NCBI GenBank assembly: GCA_965248695.1
Contig: CBDFKD010000002.1
Coordinates: 160,001 to 224,000 of the forward strand
Source of the DNA: Acidobacteriota bacterium
Lineage (GTDB): Bacteria > Acidobacteriota > UBA890 > WLXD01
Reading direction: 5' to 3'
DNA: 64,000 nucleotides
The position numbers were made by a program, and so were the translations under genes. This document shows positions 47,383 through 57,934 of the stretch, in pieces; the stretch's first letter is position 1; every line of letters starts with the position of its first letter. The notes under the pieces were generated by a model. It had not been told where the DNA came from. It did no database searches and saw only the letters and a list, made by a program, of their open reading frames with translations.

Positions 47383-48069
47383 CTAGAACGGCACGCCAAT
47401 GGCATCACAGAGAAGCCGCATCATCGGGGTCGCCGCCCGCCACTTGGCGGTGACGTCCTTCAGAAAGCTATCGCTGGTAACGAAGTCCTCTCCGAGCCGT
47501 GCCACGGCGATGAAGTCCTTGCGCTTCAGATCCTCGATCGCCGTATGATCGGCGTCGAAGCCGCGCGGGGGCCGTTTCAGCGAGTCACCTGCCAGCGCGA
47601 AGTGGTTGCTGAAGCGCTTGCCACCGACGGCTTTCTTCCACCCGGCGGCGTCCGCAGCGATGAGCTCACGAATCGCCTGAACGGCTGGTCCATCGGGTCG
47701 CCAGATACCCGCCGCGACGAAGACGCTCTTGGGCTCGACGTGCAAGTAGTACCCAGGACAGTGGGCGTCCTTCCCTTGCTCGTGTCGAAAATGAACGCCG
47801 GTGTGGGTCTTGTAGGGGCTCTTGTCCTTCGAGAAGCGGACGTCGCGATGGATGCGGAACAGCGAGCCACCCGATTTCTTCGCCAGCGCAATGAAGTGCG
47901 GGCTGATGGCGTGCAGCGGTGCCTCGAAATCGGCGATGAAGTCGAGCGCCGGCTCACGTACCTTGTCCTCGTAGCGGTCCTGGTTGACTTTGAACCAGTC
48001 GCGATCGTTGTTGCGCTTCAGCGCTCGAAGAAAAGCGAAGGTTGCAGGGGTGAAATATCGTTGGCCCAT
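47383..48069 (-). CDS. DUF2461 (TIGR02453-type) protein
   Basis: FL..L..NNDRDWF, FRIHRDVRFSKDKSPYKT, LKRPPRGF..DH...EDLKRK. Confidence 0.88.
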   Translation of the reverse strand: MGQRYFTPATFAFLRALKRNNDRDWFKVNQDRYEDKVREPALDFIADFEAPLHAISPHFIALAKKSGGSLFRIHRDVRFSKDKSPYKTHTGVHFRHEQGKDAHCPGYYLHVEPKSVFVAAGIWRPDGPAVQAIRELIAADAAGWKKAVGGKRFSNHFALAGDSLKRPPRGFDADHTAIEDLKRKDFIAVARLGEDFVTSDSFLKDVTAKWRAATPMMRLLCDAIGVPF

Positions 48070-48143
48070 GTTCCATCCGCGTCGTTGAGAAAGAGGAGCA
48101 GGCGATGGTAGCCGGCTCGGCAGCCATCCATCGCGCCGCAGTG

Positions 48144-50411
48144 CTAGAGATTCTCCAGCACGAAATCCGTCATCGTGCGCTGCAGATGCCAGACGAGCTC
48201 GCGCTGGCGGACGCCGTGACGCGACCGCGGGTACATCATGAACTCGAAGTCCTTACCCGCCTTCTGCAGCTCGTACACCAGCTGCACCGAGTTCTGGAAA
48301 TGGACGTTGTCGTCCATCGTCCCGTGCAGGATCAGCAGCTTGCCGTGTAGATCGGCCGCTGCCTTGACCACCGAGGTAGAGTCGTAGCCCTCGGGATTGT
48401 TCTGCGGCATGCGCATGTAGCGCTCGGTGTAGATGGTGTCGTACAGCCGCCAGTCAGTTACCGGCGCCCCGGCGATGCCGGCCTTGAACGACTTCGAGTG
48501 CGTCATCGCGAACGAAGCCATGAAGCCGCCGTAGCTCCAGCCCCAGATACCGAGCCGATCGCCGTCGACCCAGGACTGTTGCCTGAGCCAGTCGAGGCCG
48601 TCCTCGATGTCGCGCAGCTCGACGACGCCCATCTGCTGATAGGCATGCCAGGTGGGCCGGATGCCCTTGCCCGAGGCCGAGCGGTTGTCGCACATCCAGA
48701 TGACGTAGCCCTGCTGCGCCAGCATCTGGTGCCACATGTAGCGGGACCCGCCCCAGCCGTTGCGCACCACCGGAGAATGCGGACCACCGTAGTTGTACTG
48801 CAGCACTGGGTAGCACCTGTCGGGATCGAAGTCCGGAGGCTTGATGACCATCGCCTCCATCATGAAGCCGTCGCGCGTCGGCACCTGCAGGAACTCCACC
48901 GACCCGAGATCGAGGCTCCCGAGCGCCGCTACCCGATTCTCGGTGATCGTGCGTACCATGGAGCCGTCGGCCGCATGCAGCCGCACCTGGGACGGCGTAG
49001 TGGCATCACTCCAGGTGTCGAGGTAGTGCGTCAGAGCGGGGTTGAAGCTCGCCCGGTGATCGCCCTCGCGTGACGACAGGCGCTCGAGCCCTGAACCGTC
49101 CGTACGCACTCGATAGACCTGGTTGGCAATCGGGCTGTGCTCGGTACCGGAGAAGTAGACCCGGCCCTGATCGTCGACGCCATGCAACGTGCGCGCCTCC
49201 CAGTCGCCGCTGGTCACCTGGTGCTTCACGACCGGGATATCGAATCCGTCGAACGCATAGTGATACAGGTGCTTGAACCCCGTGCGCTCGGAGAACCACA
49301 GGAAGCTCCCATCCGGAAGCCAGCTCGGCCCGCCCATCTCCTGGACGAACGCCTCGGTGGTCTCCCGAATGAGCGTCGTGCTGTTGCCCGAGCTCGGATC
49401 GGCCATGTTGAGCTCGAGCCAGGTCTGCTCGCGATCCTGTACCTGATACACGACGCGGTCGCCGCTCGGATGCCAGCCGACGCGGACGATCAGATGCTCG
49501 ATGGGCTCGTACTTTTTGGAGTCGACCCACACCGCCTCGCCGCCAGCCGCCCTCACCACGCCGAGCCACACCTTCGGGTTCGGATCGCCGGCCTTCGGAT
49601 AATTGGTGACCTCGGTATCGAGGGTCGACGGGATGTGGTCGATGACGGTGAACTCGTTCACCGGTGACTCGTCGAGCTTGAGGAACGCCAGCGCGCTGGA
49701 ATCCGGGCTCCACCAGTAACCCTTGAAGTTGCCGCGCCCGTAGATCTCCTCCTGATAGACCCAGTCCAGGCGTCCGTAGAACAGCTCCGAGGACCCATCC
49801 GTGGTCAGCGCCCGCTCGCGACCCGAGTCGACCTCGATCAGATGAAGGTTGTAGTCGCGCACGAACGAGACGAAGCGCTCGTCCGGCGACAGCTCCTCCC
49901 CTACCTCCGGATCGGCATCGAACGTCAGCCGCTTCGCCGCCCCCGAGGCAAAGACCACGAACAGATCGTTGGCGTGGTTCAGCAGCACGGAATCTCGCCC
50001 GCGGGCGATACCGTCCGCCGCGCTCCCGGCCAGGATCGCCACATCGTCCGCTGTCAGACCCGCCAGCTCGCCGAGCGCGGCCCGGATGGCATCCGTATCC
50101 ACCGCCGCCGAGGTAGTCCCGGACACCGCGTCGATCGCCCGCCACTCGCCGCGCGCGTCGCGCTCGACGTAGCTCGTGTCATCGACCCAGGTGAGCGAAG
50201 GCACCGATCCGCTGTAGTTGACGCGCTCGCCGGCGTCGGGGCTATAGAGCGACTCCAGGGTGATCCGGCCGCTCTGCGCCAGGGTACCGCCGGGACCCGC
50301 GGCAAGTAGCCCCCCTGAACCCGTAGCGGCCCGCAGCTGCCAGGGTGCCAGGCTACTGGAAACGATAACAGCAAGGCTGATCAAGCAGGCGCGCAACAAG
50401 GTTCGACGCAT
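48144..50411 (-). CDS. S9 family dipeptidyl peptidase IV
   Basis: DWVYQEE, WWSPDS, YPKAG, nucleophile GWSYGG, HGTMDDNVH, catalytic His in RSRHG. Confidence 0.92.
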   Translation of the reverse strand: MRRTLLRACLISLAVIVSSSLAPWQLRAATGSGGLLAAGPGGTLAQSGRITLESLYSPDAGERVNYSGSVPSLTWVDDTSYVERDARGEWRAIDAVSGTTSAAVDTDAIRAALGELAGLTADDVAILAGSAADGIARGRDSVLLNHANDLFVVFASGAAKRLTFDADPEVGEELSPDERFVSFVRDYNLHLIEVDSGRERALTTDGSSELFYGRLDWVYQEEIYGRGNFKGYWWSPDSSALAFLKLDESPVNEFTVIDHIPSTLDTEVTNYPKAGDPNPKVWLGVVRAAGGEAVWVDSKKYEPIEHLIVRVGWHPSGDRVVYQVQDREQTWLELNMADPSSGNSTTLIRETTEAFVQEMGGPSWLPDGSFLWFSERTGFKHLYHYAFDGFDIPVVKHQVTSGDWEARTLHGVDDQGRVYFSGTEHSPIANQVYRVRTDGSGLERLSSREGDHRASFNPALTHYLDTWSDATTPSQVRLHAADGSMVRTITENRVAALGSLDLGSVEFLQVPTRDGFMMEAMVIKPPDFDPDRCYPVLQYNYGGPHSPVVRNGWGGSRYMWHQMLAQQGYVIWMCDNRSASGKGIRPTWHAYQQMGVVELRDIEDGLDWLRQQSWVDGDRLGIWGWSYGGFMASFAMTHSKSFKAGIAGAPVTDWRLYDTIYTERYMRMPQNNPEGYDSTSVVKAAADLHGKLLILHGTMDDNVHFQNSVQLVYELQKAGKDFEFMMYPRSRHGVRQRELVWHLQRTMTDFVLENL

Positions 50412-50462
50412 CAAGGTGCTCCCGGTATTAGGCGCTCGATTCCGATCGACAATGAAGTCCAG

Positions 50463-52823
50463 TTATTGCAGGTAGCCAAGGGCACGGAGGGCACGCGCCG
50501 TCTCGTCGTCGATCACCACGTCCTCCGACTCCAGCAGCGGCTTGCGAGAAGAAATCATCCTCTGCAAACCGAGGCGGAGATAGCCGGTCGACGCCGGGGA
50601 CTCGCCGAACAAGTCCTCCAACTCTCTGACATCGGTTCGCCACCGAAACAGCTGCGTCGCCCCGCCGACCTCTGGCACCCCGCGAGACCACTCCATGAGG
50701 TGGTGGTCGTACGTCAACAGGCTGTCGACGCGCCATTGGTCCAGGTCAAGGTGTGCCAGCAGGCGGCGCTCGGCAAAGTGTGGTGCATCGGCGCCTTCGA
50801 TCGCATTCTGCACCAGCGGTACCAGGCTATCGCCGTGCTGCGCCGGCAGACGAGGAGCGCCCACCAGATCGAGAATCGTCGGCAGCAGATCGACGTGCTG
50901 AACGCGGGGCTCGACGCGCGTGCCGGCTGCCCAGCCGCCCGGGAACTTGATCACTAGTGGGACGAAGATCATCTCTGGATAGAGGGTGCGACCGTGCCCG
51001 AAGCCCCCGTGGTCGTAGAACTCCTCGCCGTGGTCGGACACGAACACGATGATGGTCGAGTCGTAGATCTCCAGCTCTCGCAAGCGATCGAGCATGCGCC
51101 CGAACTGCGCATCGTTGTGGGCGATCTCGGCATCGTAGAGATCCGTTGCGAGGCTCACTTCCGCTGCAACAGAGGTTCCCGGCAACTGCTGTCGCAGATG
51201 AGGGATCAACAGCTGATCGAAGTTGCGTGCGAGCCGAGAATCGGCGACGAATCGCGATCGATACGGCTCGGGCGGCGTGTAGGGGTGGTGCGGGTCCATG
51301 GAGTGCAAATAGGCGAAGAAAGGCCGGTCGGTTTGGCGCGCTTCGAGCCAGGCGAAGAAATGGTCGTTCACCCGATCCGACAATTGGGCGGGGCCGTCGA
51401 AGTTGCCGATCGGGTCGAGGAATTCGTGGGTATCGAAGCCGATGTCAAAGCCGAACCGAGACGTCAAGTTGATGTTGGTCACTACAGCGTAGGTCTGATA
51501 GCCGTGTTGTCCGAGCAACTTCTGCATCGTGACGGCTTCGGGGGAAAAGCTGTCGTTGCGGTCGAACATTCCGTGGGCGCGAGGCGCAAGGCCTGTGAGG
51601 ATCGAAGCAACCGAGGTCTTGGTCCAGCCGGACTGCGCCATCGCGTCGTCGAAGATCACCGCCTCGGTGCTCATGGCGTCCAAGAACGGACTCGTCGGCC
51701 GCTCATATCCGTAAGCACCGAGATGGTCGGCACGGAGTGTATCGACCAGGTAGACAACGATGTTCGGCGGCCGCCCGTCCGGCGAGCTCGCTTGCATCGC
51801 GGCGCTCAGGGCTGCCGGGACACCGGCGCGTACCGGGGCACCCCGGGGCGAAGCTTCGCCGGCTTGCTGTACAACGAGCTCAGCGTCCTCGGCGCTCGGG
51901 CTGGGCGCTCCAGGGGCGATCGGCGCTGTCAGCACAGCCCGGTGGAGGCGAAGCCCCGAGCCGGGCTCGGGGACCCGCTCGGACGGCACAGCCAGGAACG
52001 ACACACGTGCCACACCTTGACCATCCAGTGGCGTCTCGAAGGGCGACTCCAGCTCTGATTCGGCGAGTTCGACAACCTGAACCGGTGGGCTTTCGTCCTC
52101 GTAGAGGACTTCGACGCGCAAGGTGCGTGTGCCACTGTCACTCGCCGCGCCCCAGACGGACACCCCATCCCAGCGCAGTGTTGTACCCGGCGCAACGTCG
52201 ACGAAGTAGTCGACTCTGGTCAGCAACGGGATCTGCAGTGACTGCGCGTTGACCCGTACCGAGCCGACGGAGATATCCCGCCCGATGGCGACTTCCCGCC
52301 AGGCGACGGTCAGCTTCGGCCGGTTCTTATCGTTCGAGGTGGGAAACTCCTCGGCTGCGTGCCTGTATCGCAGGCGCATCACGTTGCGACCCGAGCGCAG
52401 CTGTGATCGTCGAACACGCGCGCTGTATTCGTGGAAGTCGGAACGCAGCGAGAACGTGGAGACGTGGTGCCCGTTGACCAGCAGATCGACCGCAACCTCG
52501 GCACGCGCCATCGGATCGGACGGCTGGCCGCGCAATCTGATCATCGTGCCACGTCGATCGTGGGCATAGAATTCGAGAGCCGACTCGGGCCAGACGCCCC
52601 ACACGAAAGGAACTCGCCCGTCCCAGCTCTCGTCGCTGCTCCATCCATACAACAAATGGGCGCGCGCCTCCGGAGACCCGAGCCCGATGATCCGCGTCTC
52701 CGGACGGACAGTTGCATGCTCGAAGTTGGCAGCAAAGTCGAACACGACCGGGTCGGTCGCACCACAGCCCGCCGTCAGCAACAACGCCGAGCTCAACGCG
52801 GTGAACGTGTACCTTCTCAACAT
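50463..52823 (-). CDS. Sulfatase-like (alkaline phosphatase superfamily) protein with long N-terminal domain
   Basis: DTLRADHL, SGWTKTSVASILTG, HSMDPHHPY, YDAEI, SDHGEEF..HG..GHG, LRALGY; start placed at ATG 52823. Confidence 0.82.
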   Translation of the reverse strand: MLRRYTFTALSSALLLTAGCGATDPVVFDFAANFEHATVRPETRIIGLGSPEARAHLLYGWSSDESWDGRVPFVWGVWPESALEFYAHDRRGTMIRLRGQPSDPMARAEVAVDLLVNGHHVSTFSLRSDFHEYSARVRRSQLRSGRNVMRLRYRHAAEEFPTSNDKNRPKLTVAWREVAIGRDISVGSVRVNAQSLQIPLLTRVDYFVDVAPGTTLRWDGVSVWGAASDSGTRTLRVEVLYEDESPPVQVVELAESELESPFETPLDGQGVARVSFLAVPSERVPEPGSGLRLHRAVLTAPIAPGAPSPSAEDAELVVQQAGEASPRGAPVRAGVPAALSAAMQASSPDGRPPNIVVYLVDTLRADHLGAYGYERPTSPFLDAMSTEAVIFDDAMAQSGWTKTSVASILTGLAPRAHGMFDRNDSFSPEAVTMQKLLGQHGYQTYAVVTNINLTSRFGFDIGFDTHEFLDPIGNFDGPAQLSDRVNDHFFAWLEARQTDRPFFAYLHSMDPHHPYTPPEPYRSRFVADSRLARNFDQLLIPHLRQQLPGTSVAAEVSLATDLYDAEIAHNDAQFGRMLDRLRELEIYDSTIIVFVSDHGEEFYDHGGFGHGRTLYPEMIFVPLVIKFPGGWAAGTRVEPRVQHVDLLPTILDLVGAPRLPAQHGDSLVPLVQNAIEGADAPHFAERRLLAHLDLDQWRVDSLLTYDHHLMEWSRGVPEVGGATQLFRWRTDVRELEDLFGESPASTGYLRLGLQRMISSRKPLLESEDVVIDDETARALRALGYLQ

Positions 52824-52975
52824 CACTTGGCAGCTGGAATAGAGAACCGTCGAGACCAGAACAGAAGAAACGGCAGTTGTATTACTTCGGGAGCCACGGC
52901 GCAAAGAGCGGTTCGGGCTTCCAAGGCCAACCGGCCAGGGGGCATGTAGAATGACGCCTCCCCGGATCCCGAGCC

Positions 52976-55226
52976 ATGAAGACCACCAAGCCACCGACCA
53001 GGCACGCTCGCCTGATCGTGTTCCTGAGCAGCGTTGCCGTGCTGCTTCTGCTGCCGGCCAACGCGTCAACTCAGGCGCAATCGCGTACCCAAGAGGTTTC
53101 GGGCCACACCCGCATGGTGACGTTGCTGGCGCAGCTGCACGAGCAACAACCGTTCGGTTTGGAGTACGAAAGGGCTCTCGAGCGTATCTACGATCGCGTC
53201 GAACAGCTACCGAACGACGTCGCGCTGACCCAGCAATTGGCGATGATCCAGCGACTCGCCGAGGCGCAGATCCGAGCCGGTGAGCCACTCGCCGCCATCC
53301 AGCACCTTGACGAGGTGATCCACGGCGTCCGATTGCTGCGTTCCAGTCAGCAGCTGCGGCTGACGATGAACGGCCGCTTCTGGCTCGGGGTAATCTCGTT
53401 GCGACAGGCGTTGCTGGGCAACTGCCAGGGAGCAGCGGCGGCCGTTCGCTGTACGCTGCCGATCGCTCCCGCCGGTGTGCACCAAAGCCAGGAAGCCGGT
53501 CGCGAAGCGATCGAGCATTTCCGTACCGTAGCCAACCTCACGCAGCCGGAGGCGCCCGAGCATCTCGCTGCCCAGTGGCTGCTCAACGTTGCCTTCATGT
53601 TGATGGGCGACTATCCGGGCGCAGTGCCGGCGCAACACCGAATCGACCCAGCGCATTTCCCGAGAAACGTCGCGGAAATGCGACCGTTCGAGGACATCGG
53701 ACCGCAGCTCGATGTCGACACCTCCAGTGCGGGCGGTGGCATCGCCGTCGACGATTTCGACGGTGACGGCTGGCTCGACGTGATGGTGTCGTCTGCCGAT
53801 CTGGGGGGGCAGCTTCGTTTCTTCCGCAACACGGGCGACGGCGTGCTCGTGGATGCCACGGTCGACGCCGGTCTGGAGGGAATCACCGGGGGACTGAACC
53901 TGGTACAGGCCGACTATGACGGCGATGCCGACCTGGACCTGCTCGTGCTTCGTGGCGGCTGGCTGGCGACCGGCGGGCAGCACCCCAACTCGCTGCTGCG
54001 CAACAACGGCGACCTGACGTTCGTCGACGTCACCTTCGAGGCCGGCCTGGGCGCGCGCCACTATCCCACCCAGGTTGGGGCCTGGGCGGACTACGACCTC
54101 GACGGTGACCTCGACCTGTTCATCGGCAACGAGGCCTGGTGACGAGTACAACCGCCACTCCAGCCAGCTATTCCACAACCACGGTGACGGCACCTTCACC
54201 GACGTGGCCGCGGAGGCCGGGGTGAGCAACCGGGCGCTCACCAAGGGCGCCGCCTGGGGCGACTTCAACGACGACGGCTACCCTGATCTGTACGTCTCGA
54301 ATTTCCAGGGCGCCAACCGCATGTACCGCAACGACGGCGACGGCAAGTTCACCGACGTCGCCAGCGCCCTCGGAGTGGACGGCCCCTACCATAGCTACTC
54401 GGCCTGGTTCTGGGACGTGGATAACGATGGCGCCCTCGATCTGCTGGTCAACAGCTACCGCACGCCGCAGACGAGCGTTCCGGACGTCTGGTACTACGCC
54501 GCCGACCTGCTCGGCTACGAGCATCCGGCCGAGAAGCTGGCGCTGTTCAAGGGCGACGGGGGGGGCAGCTTCGTCGACGTTGCCGCCGAGTACGGTGTGG
54601 CACGTGTCAGCCTTGCCACGGGCGCCAACTTCGGCGACCTCGACAACGACGGCTGGCTGGATTTCTATCTCGGCACCGGGTATCCCGGCTTCGAGGCTCT
54701 GTTTCCGAATCTGATGTACCGCAACCAAGGTGGAACCGGCTTCGTCGACGTCACCTATGCGGGCGGCTTCGGGCATCTGCAGCGAGGGCAGGGAGTGGCC
54801 TTCGCCGACTACGACAACGACGGCGACCAGGACGTGTTCGAGCGCATGGGCGGACTGCTGCCCGGCGACGAGGTCGTCGATGCGCTGTATCGGAATCCGG
54901 GCTTCGACAACAACTGGCTGACCCTCGACCTGCGAAGCCCACAATCCAATCGCTTCGCTGTAGGTGCAAAGATCACTGCCCAGATCGTCGACGGCGGCGT
55001 CAGCCGAACGCTGACGCGGGTTGTCGGCCAGGGTGGCAGCTTCGGAGCCAACCCGCTCCGCGTCCACCTGGGCCTGGGCGGTGCGACACGCGTCGACCGC
55101 CTGCATGTCGTGTGGCCGGCCACCCGTCAGATGCAGACGTTCACCAACCTGACGGCGAACGAGCACCTCCTGATCCAGGAGGGATTCGCCGAGCCGCGCA
55201 CGCTCCCAGCCGCGACGACCCGCTAG
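52976..55226 (+). pseudogene. CRTAC1/ASPIC-UnbV FG-GAP repeat protein split by a frameshift near 54135
   Basis: DFDGDG.LD-type repeats in both ORFs (52976-54142 and 54075-55226); C-terminal NNWL...NRFAVGA...HLGLG; junction AAC GAG G CCT GGT GAC. Confidence 0.75.
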
Positions 55227-55366
55227 TTGCCGGTAGCAGGCCGCCGGAGGGAGTAGAATCCGGCTCGGCCGCAGCACGGGTTGCATGACGGGTGGCTCCC
55301 GTCGGCAGCATGGGTGGCTGTGGCCGCCAGGCCCGCGCCGGAACCCCTAGGACCAAGGGAGCAAGC

Positions 55367-56011
55367 ATGAACAGTCGAGCCCTTACCGCCGAGTTCATCG
55401 GCACCTTTGCACTTATTTTCATCGGCGCTGGCGCCGGAGCCATAGGAGCCGGCGGCCTGGTTGGCGTGGCGCTGGCGCACGGCCTGGTGATCGTCGGCTT
55501 CGCCTATGCTTATGGCCACATATCCGGAACGCATATCAACCCGGCGGTAACCACCAGCCTGCTGGTGGCCGGTGAGATCGACGTCGCCACGGCGGCCTCC
55601 TACATCGTCACGCAGCTCGTGGCCGGCCTCGTCGCCGCCTTCAGCCTGGCGCAGGTGCTCGGCGGCACGAGCACGGGACTGGGTGCCACGCTGCTGGCGC
55701 CTGATGTCTCGGTCAGCCAAGGATTCGTCATCGAGGTGATTCTGACCTTCTTCCTGGCCAACGCGGTGCTCAACTGTGCCGCGTCCGGCAAAGCTGGCAA
55801 CCAGGCCGGTCTCGCCATCGGCCTGACGCTCGCCTTCGCCATCCTGATGGGCGGCCCGCTCACCGGAGCGTCGCTCAACCCGGCGCGCTCCCTAGGCCCA
55901 GCAATCGTCAGCGGCCAGACCGCAAATCTGTGGCTGTACCTCGTGGCCCCGCCGGTTGGCGGCGTGCTCGCAGCATTGGTCTACACCGGCATCCTGAAGG
56001 AGCGCAACTAG
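55367..56011 (+). CDS. MIP family channel (aquaporin)
   Basis: AEFIGT, SGTHINPAVT, SLNPARSLGPA. Confidence 0.92.
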   Translation: MNSRALTAEFIGTFALIFIGAGAGAIGAGGLVGVALAHGLVIVGFAYAYGHISGTHINPAVTTSLLVAGEIDVATAASYIVTQLVAGLVAAFSLAQVLGGTSTGLGATLLAPDVSVSQGFVIEVILTFFLANAVLNCAASGKAGNQAGLAIGLTLAFAILMGGPLTGASLNPARSLGPAIVSGQTANLWLYLVAPPVGGVLAALVYTGILKERN

Positions 56012-56080
56012 CGCAGCCGCGTCGAACGCAGAGATGTCGGGCGCAGGAGAGCAGCTACGAGGTGCGGTGCGCCTTCACGG

Positions 56081-57934
56081 CTACTCCCACTCGATCGTGC
56101 CGGGTGGCTTCGACGTCGTGTCGAGCGCCAAGCCGGACACGCCGGGAACGGCGAGCAGGTTGCGGCGCAGCTCGTCGAGGACAGCGGCGCCGAGCTCGAC
56201 GGGACGCGCGGTCATGGCGCGCTGCGAGTGCACCGGGCGCACGACAACGAGCTCGCCCAGGCGCCCGTCGCCATGATCCAGCTGCACCGGCACCAGCACG
56301 GTCGGGCACTGCCACACCTGGTCGTAAAGATCGTGGCGCCTTAGCGCTTCCATCACCAGGTGGTCAGCACGCCGCAGGATCTCCAACCGCTCGGGCGTGA
56401 CCGTTGCCGCAACGGCCCTCGCCCCGGAAGGAACGTCCGGGGCGAGGTTCCAAACGCAGCGATTGATGCCGGCGACCTCGGCGGTGATCTGCGACGTGGC
56501 GGCGATCAGATCCTCCCACGGCGCCGGCCCGCTCAACATCACCGGGTGCTCGTAAGCGCGCAGATCCGCCTTCACGCCCACGGAACGCATCGGCAACACC
56601 AGCGTGTTGAGGCCGAATCGGTCGCCGATCGCATCCAGCGTATCGGCCTGCTCGATGGCCATCGCGGCTTCGTCATCGCCGCGACTGCACAGCAGGCGCA
56701 CACCGAGCCCGGGGCCCGGAAACGGGTGCCGCCAGATCAGATGATGCGGCACGCCGAGGCGCTCTCCGAGCTCACGAACCTCGGTCTTGTACAGATCCAC
56801 CAGCGGCTCGATGACTCGACCCTCGGTGATCATCTCTTCGATGACCGGCACCCGATTGTGGTGCGTCTTGATCGTATCGGAGCGCTTGCTCGCTCCGGTT
56901 TCGATCGTGTCCGGATAGATCGTCCCCTGCCCCAACATCAATTCGTCCACCGCCAGTCGGGCGGCCTCGGCATTGAACACCTGGACAAAGGTGTCGCCGA
57001 TCACACGTCGCTTCGCCTCCGGCTCGATAATCCCGTCGAGGGCGTCCAGGAATACGCCGCTGGCGTCGACGAATTTGAGGTTGCCGGCGATCCCGAGGTC
57101 CTCGAACAGCTGCAGGACCTGGCGGCTCTCGTCGTGACGCATGAGCCCATTGTCGATGTGCAGCAGATGAAGACGCTCGGGGCCGAGCGCACGCCCCAAC
57201 AAGGCTGCCGCAACCGTGGAGTCAACTCCACCCGATGCCAGCAGAAATACCGATCGCTCTCCCACCTGAGCGCCAATGTTGGCGACCTGATCCTCGAGAT
57301 ACCCATCCATCGTCCAAGACGCTTCACAGCCACAGATGTCGAGCACGAAATTCGACAGCATGCGATCCCCGTGAACCGTGTCGTCCACTTCGGGATGAAA
57401 CTGCAATCCGTATCGACGCAGGGAATCGGATCCGATGGCCGCGAAACGGTGATCAGGAGCCCCGTCCACCGTCTGGCTGAACCCCAGCTCGGCGAACTGT
57501 GGCCCGACCGACGCCACCGAGTCGTAGTGGCTCATCCATACCGGCTCGATCGCGTCGAGGCCGTTGAAGAGCGCATGCTCTCCGGTGAGGTGGAGGTTGG
57601 CGCGACCCCATTGGCGGCCGCCGTGAACCACCTTGCCACCGTAATGCTGGGCGATCTCCTGATGCCCGAAGCACAGTCCGAGGATGGGCACGTCGAGGTC
57701 ATAGATGGACTTCGTATAGGTGGAGTCCTCGCCTTGCGAGGCAAGGCTGGGGCTGCCCGAGATGATGATCCCGCGGTAATCGGCGAACGCGTCGACCGGA
57801 TCATCGGGTTGGCGAATCTCCGCCAGGACTCCTTGACGCCGTACCTTGGTGGCGATCAGGTGGGCGTATTGCCCACCGAAATCGACCACAGCAACGGCGT
57901 CGTGGCCCTGTCGGGTGGTCGCGGCCTCGGTCAC
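56081..57934 (-). CDS. guaA: Glutamine-hydrolysing GMP synthase (long form, 617 aa)
   Basis: DFGGQY, GLCFGHQ, QFHPEV, SGGVDS, QGTIYPD, IKTHHN, RHPFPGPGLGVR, KPPGTIEWE. Confidence 0.93.
   Translation of the reverse strand: MTEAATTRQGHDAVAVVDFGGQYAHLIATKVRRQGVLAEIRQPDDPVDAFADYRGIIISGSPSLASQGEDSTYTKSIYDLDVPILGLCFGHQEIAQHYGGKVVHGGRQWGRANLHLTGEHALFNGLDAIEPVWMSHYDSVASVGPQFAELGFSQTVDGAPDHRFAAIGSDSLRRYGLQFHPEVDDTVHGDRMLSNFVLDICGCEASWTMDGYLEDQVANIGAQVGERSVFLLASGGVDSTVAAALLGRALGPERLHLLHIDNGLMRHDESRQVLQLFEDLGIAGNLKFVDASGVFLDALDGIIEPEAKRRVIGDTFVQVFNAEAARLAVDELMLGQGTIYPDTIETGASKRSDTIKTHHNRVPVIEEMITEGRVIEPLVDLYKTEVRELGERLGVPHHLIWRHPFPGPGLGVRLLCSRGDDEAAMAIEQADTLDAIGDRFGLNTLVLPMRSVGVKADLRAYEHPVMLSGPAPWEDLIAATSQITAEVAGINRCVWNLAPDVPSGARAVAATVTPERLEILRRADHLVMEALRRHDLYDQVWQCPTVLVPVQLDHGDGRLGELVVVRPVHSQRAMTARPVELGAAVLDELRRNLLAVPGVSGLALDTTSKPPGTIEWE

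Noticed and set aside
52824-53288. Long N-terminal extensions in the ORF track (sulfatase; likewise AttH-like 16899-17459 and nuoH 62552-62995)
   Set aside because: They overlap neighbouring real genes and are low-complexity R/A/G-rich; downstream starts with stop/start overlaps or signal peptides fit better.
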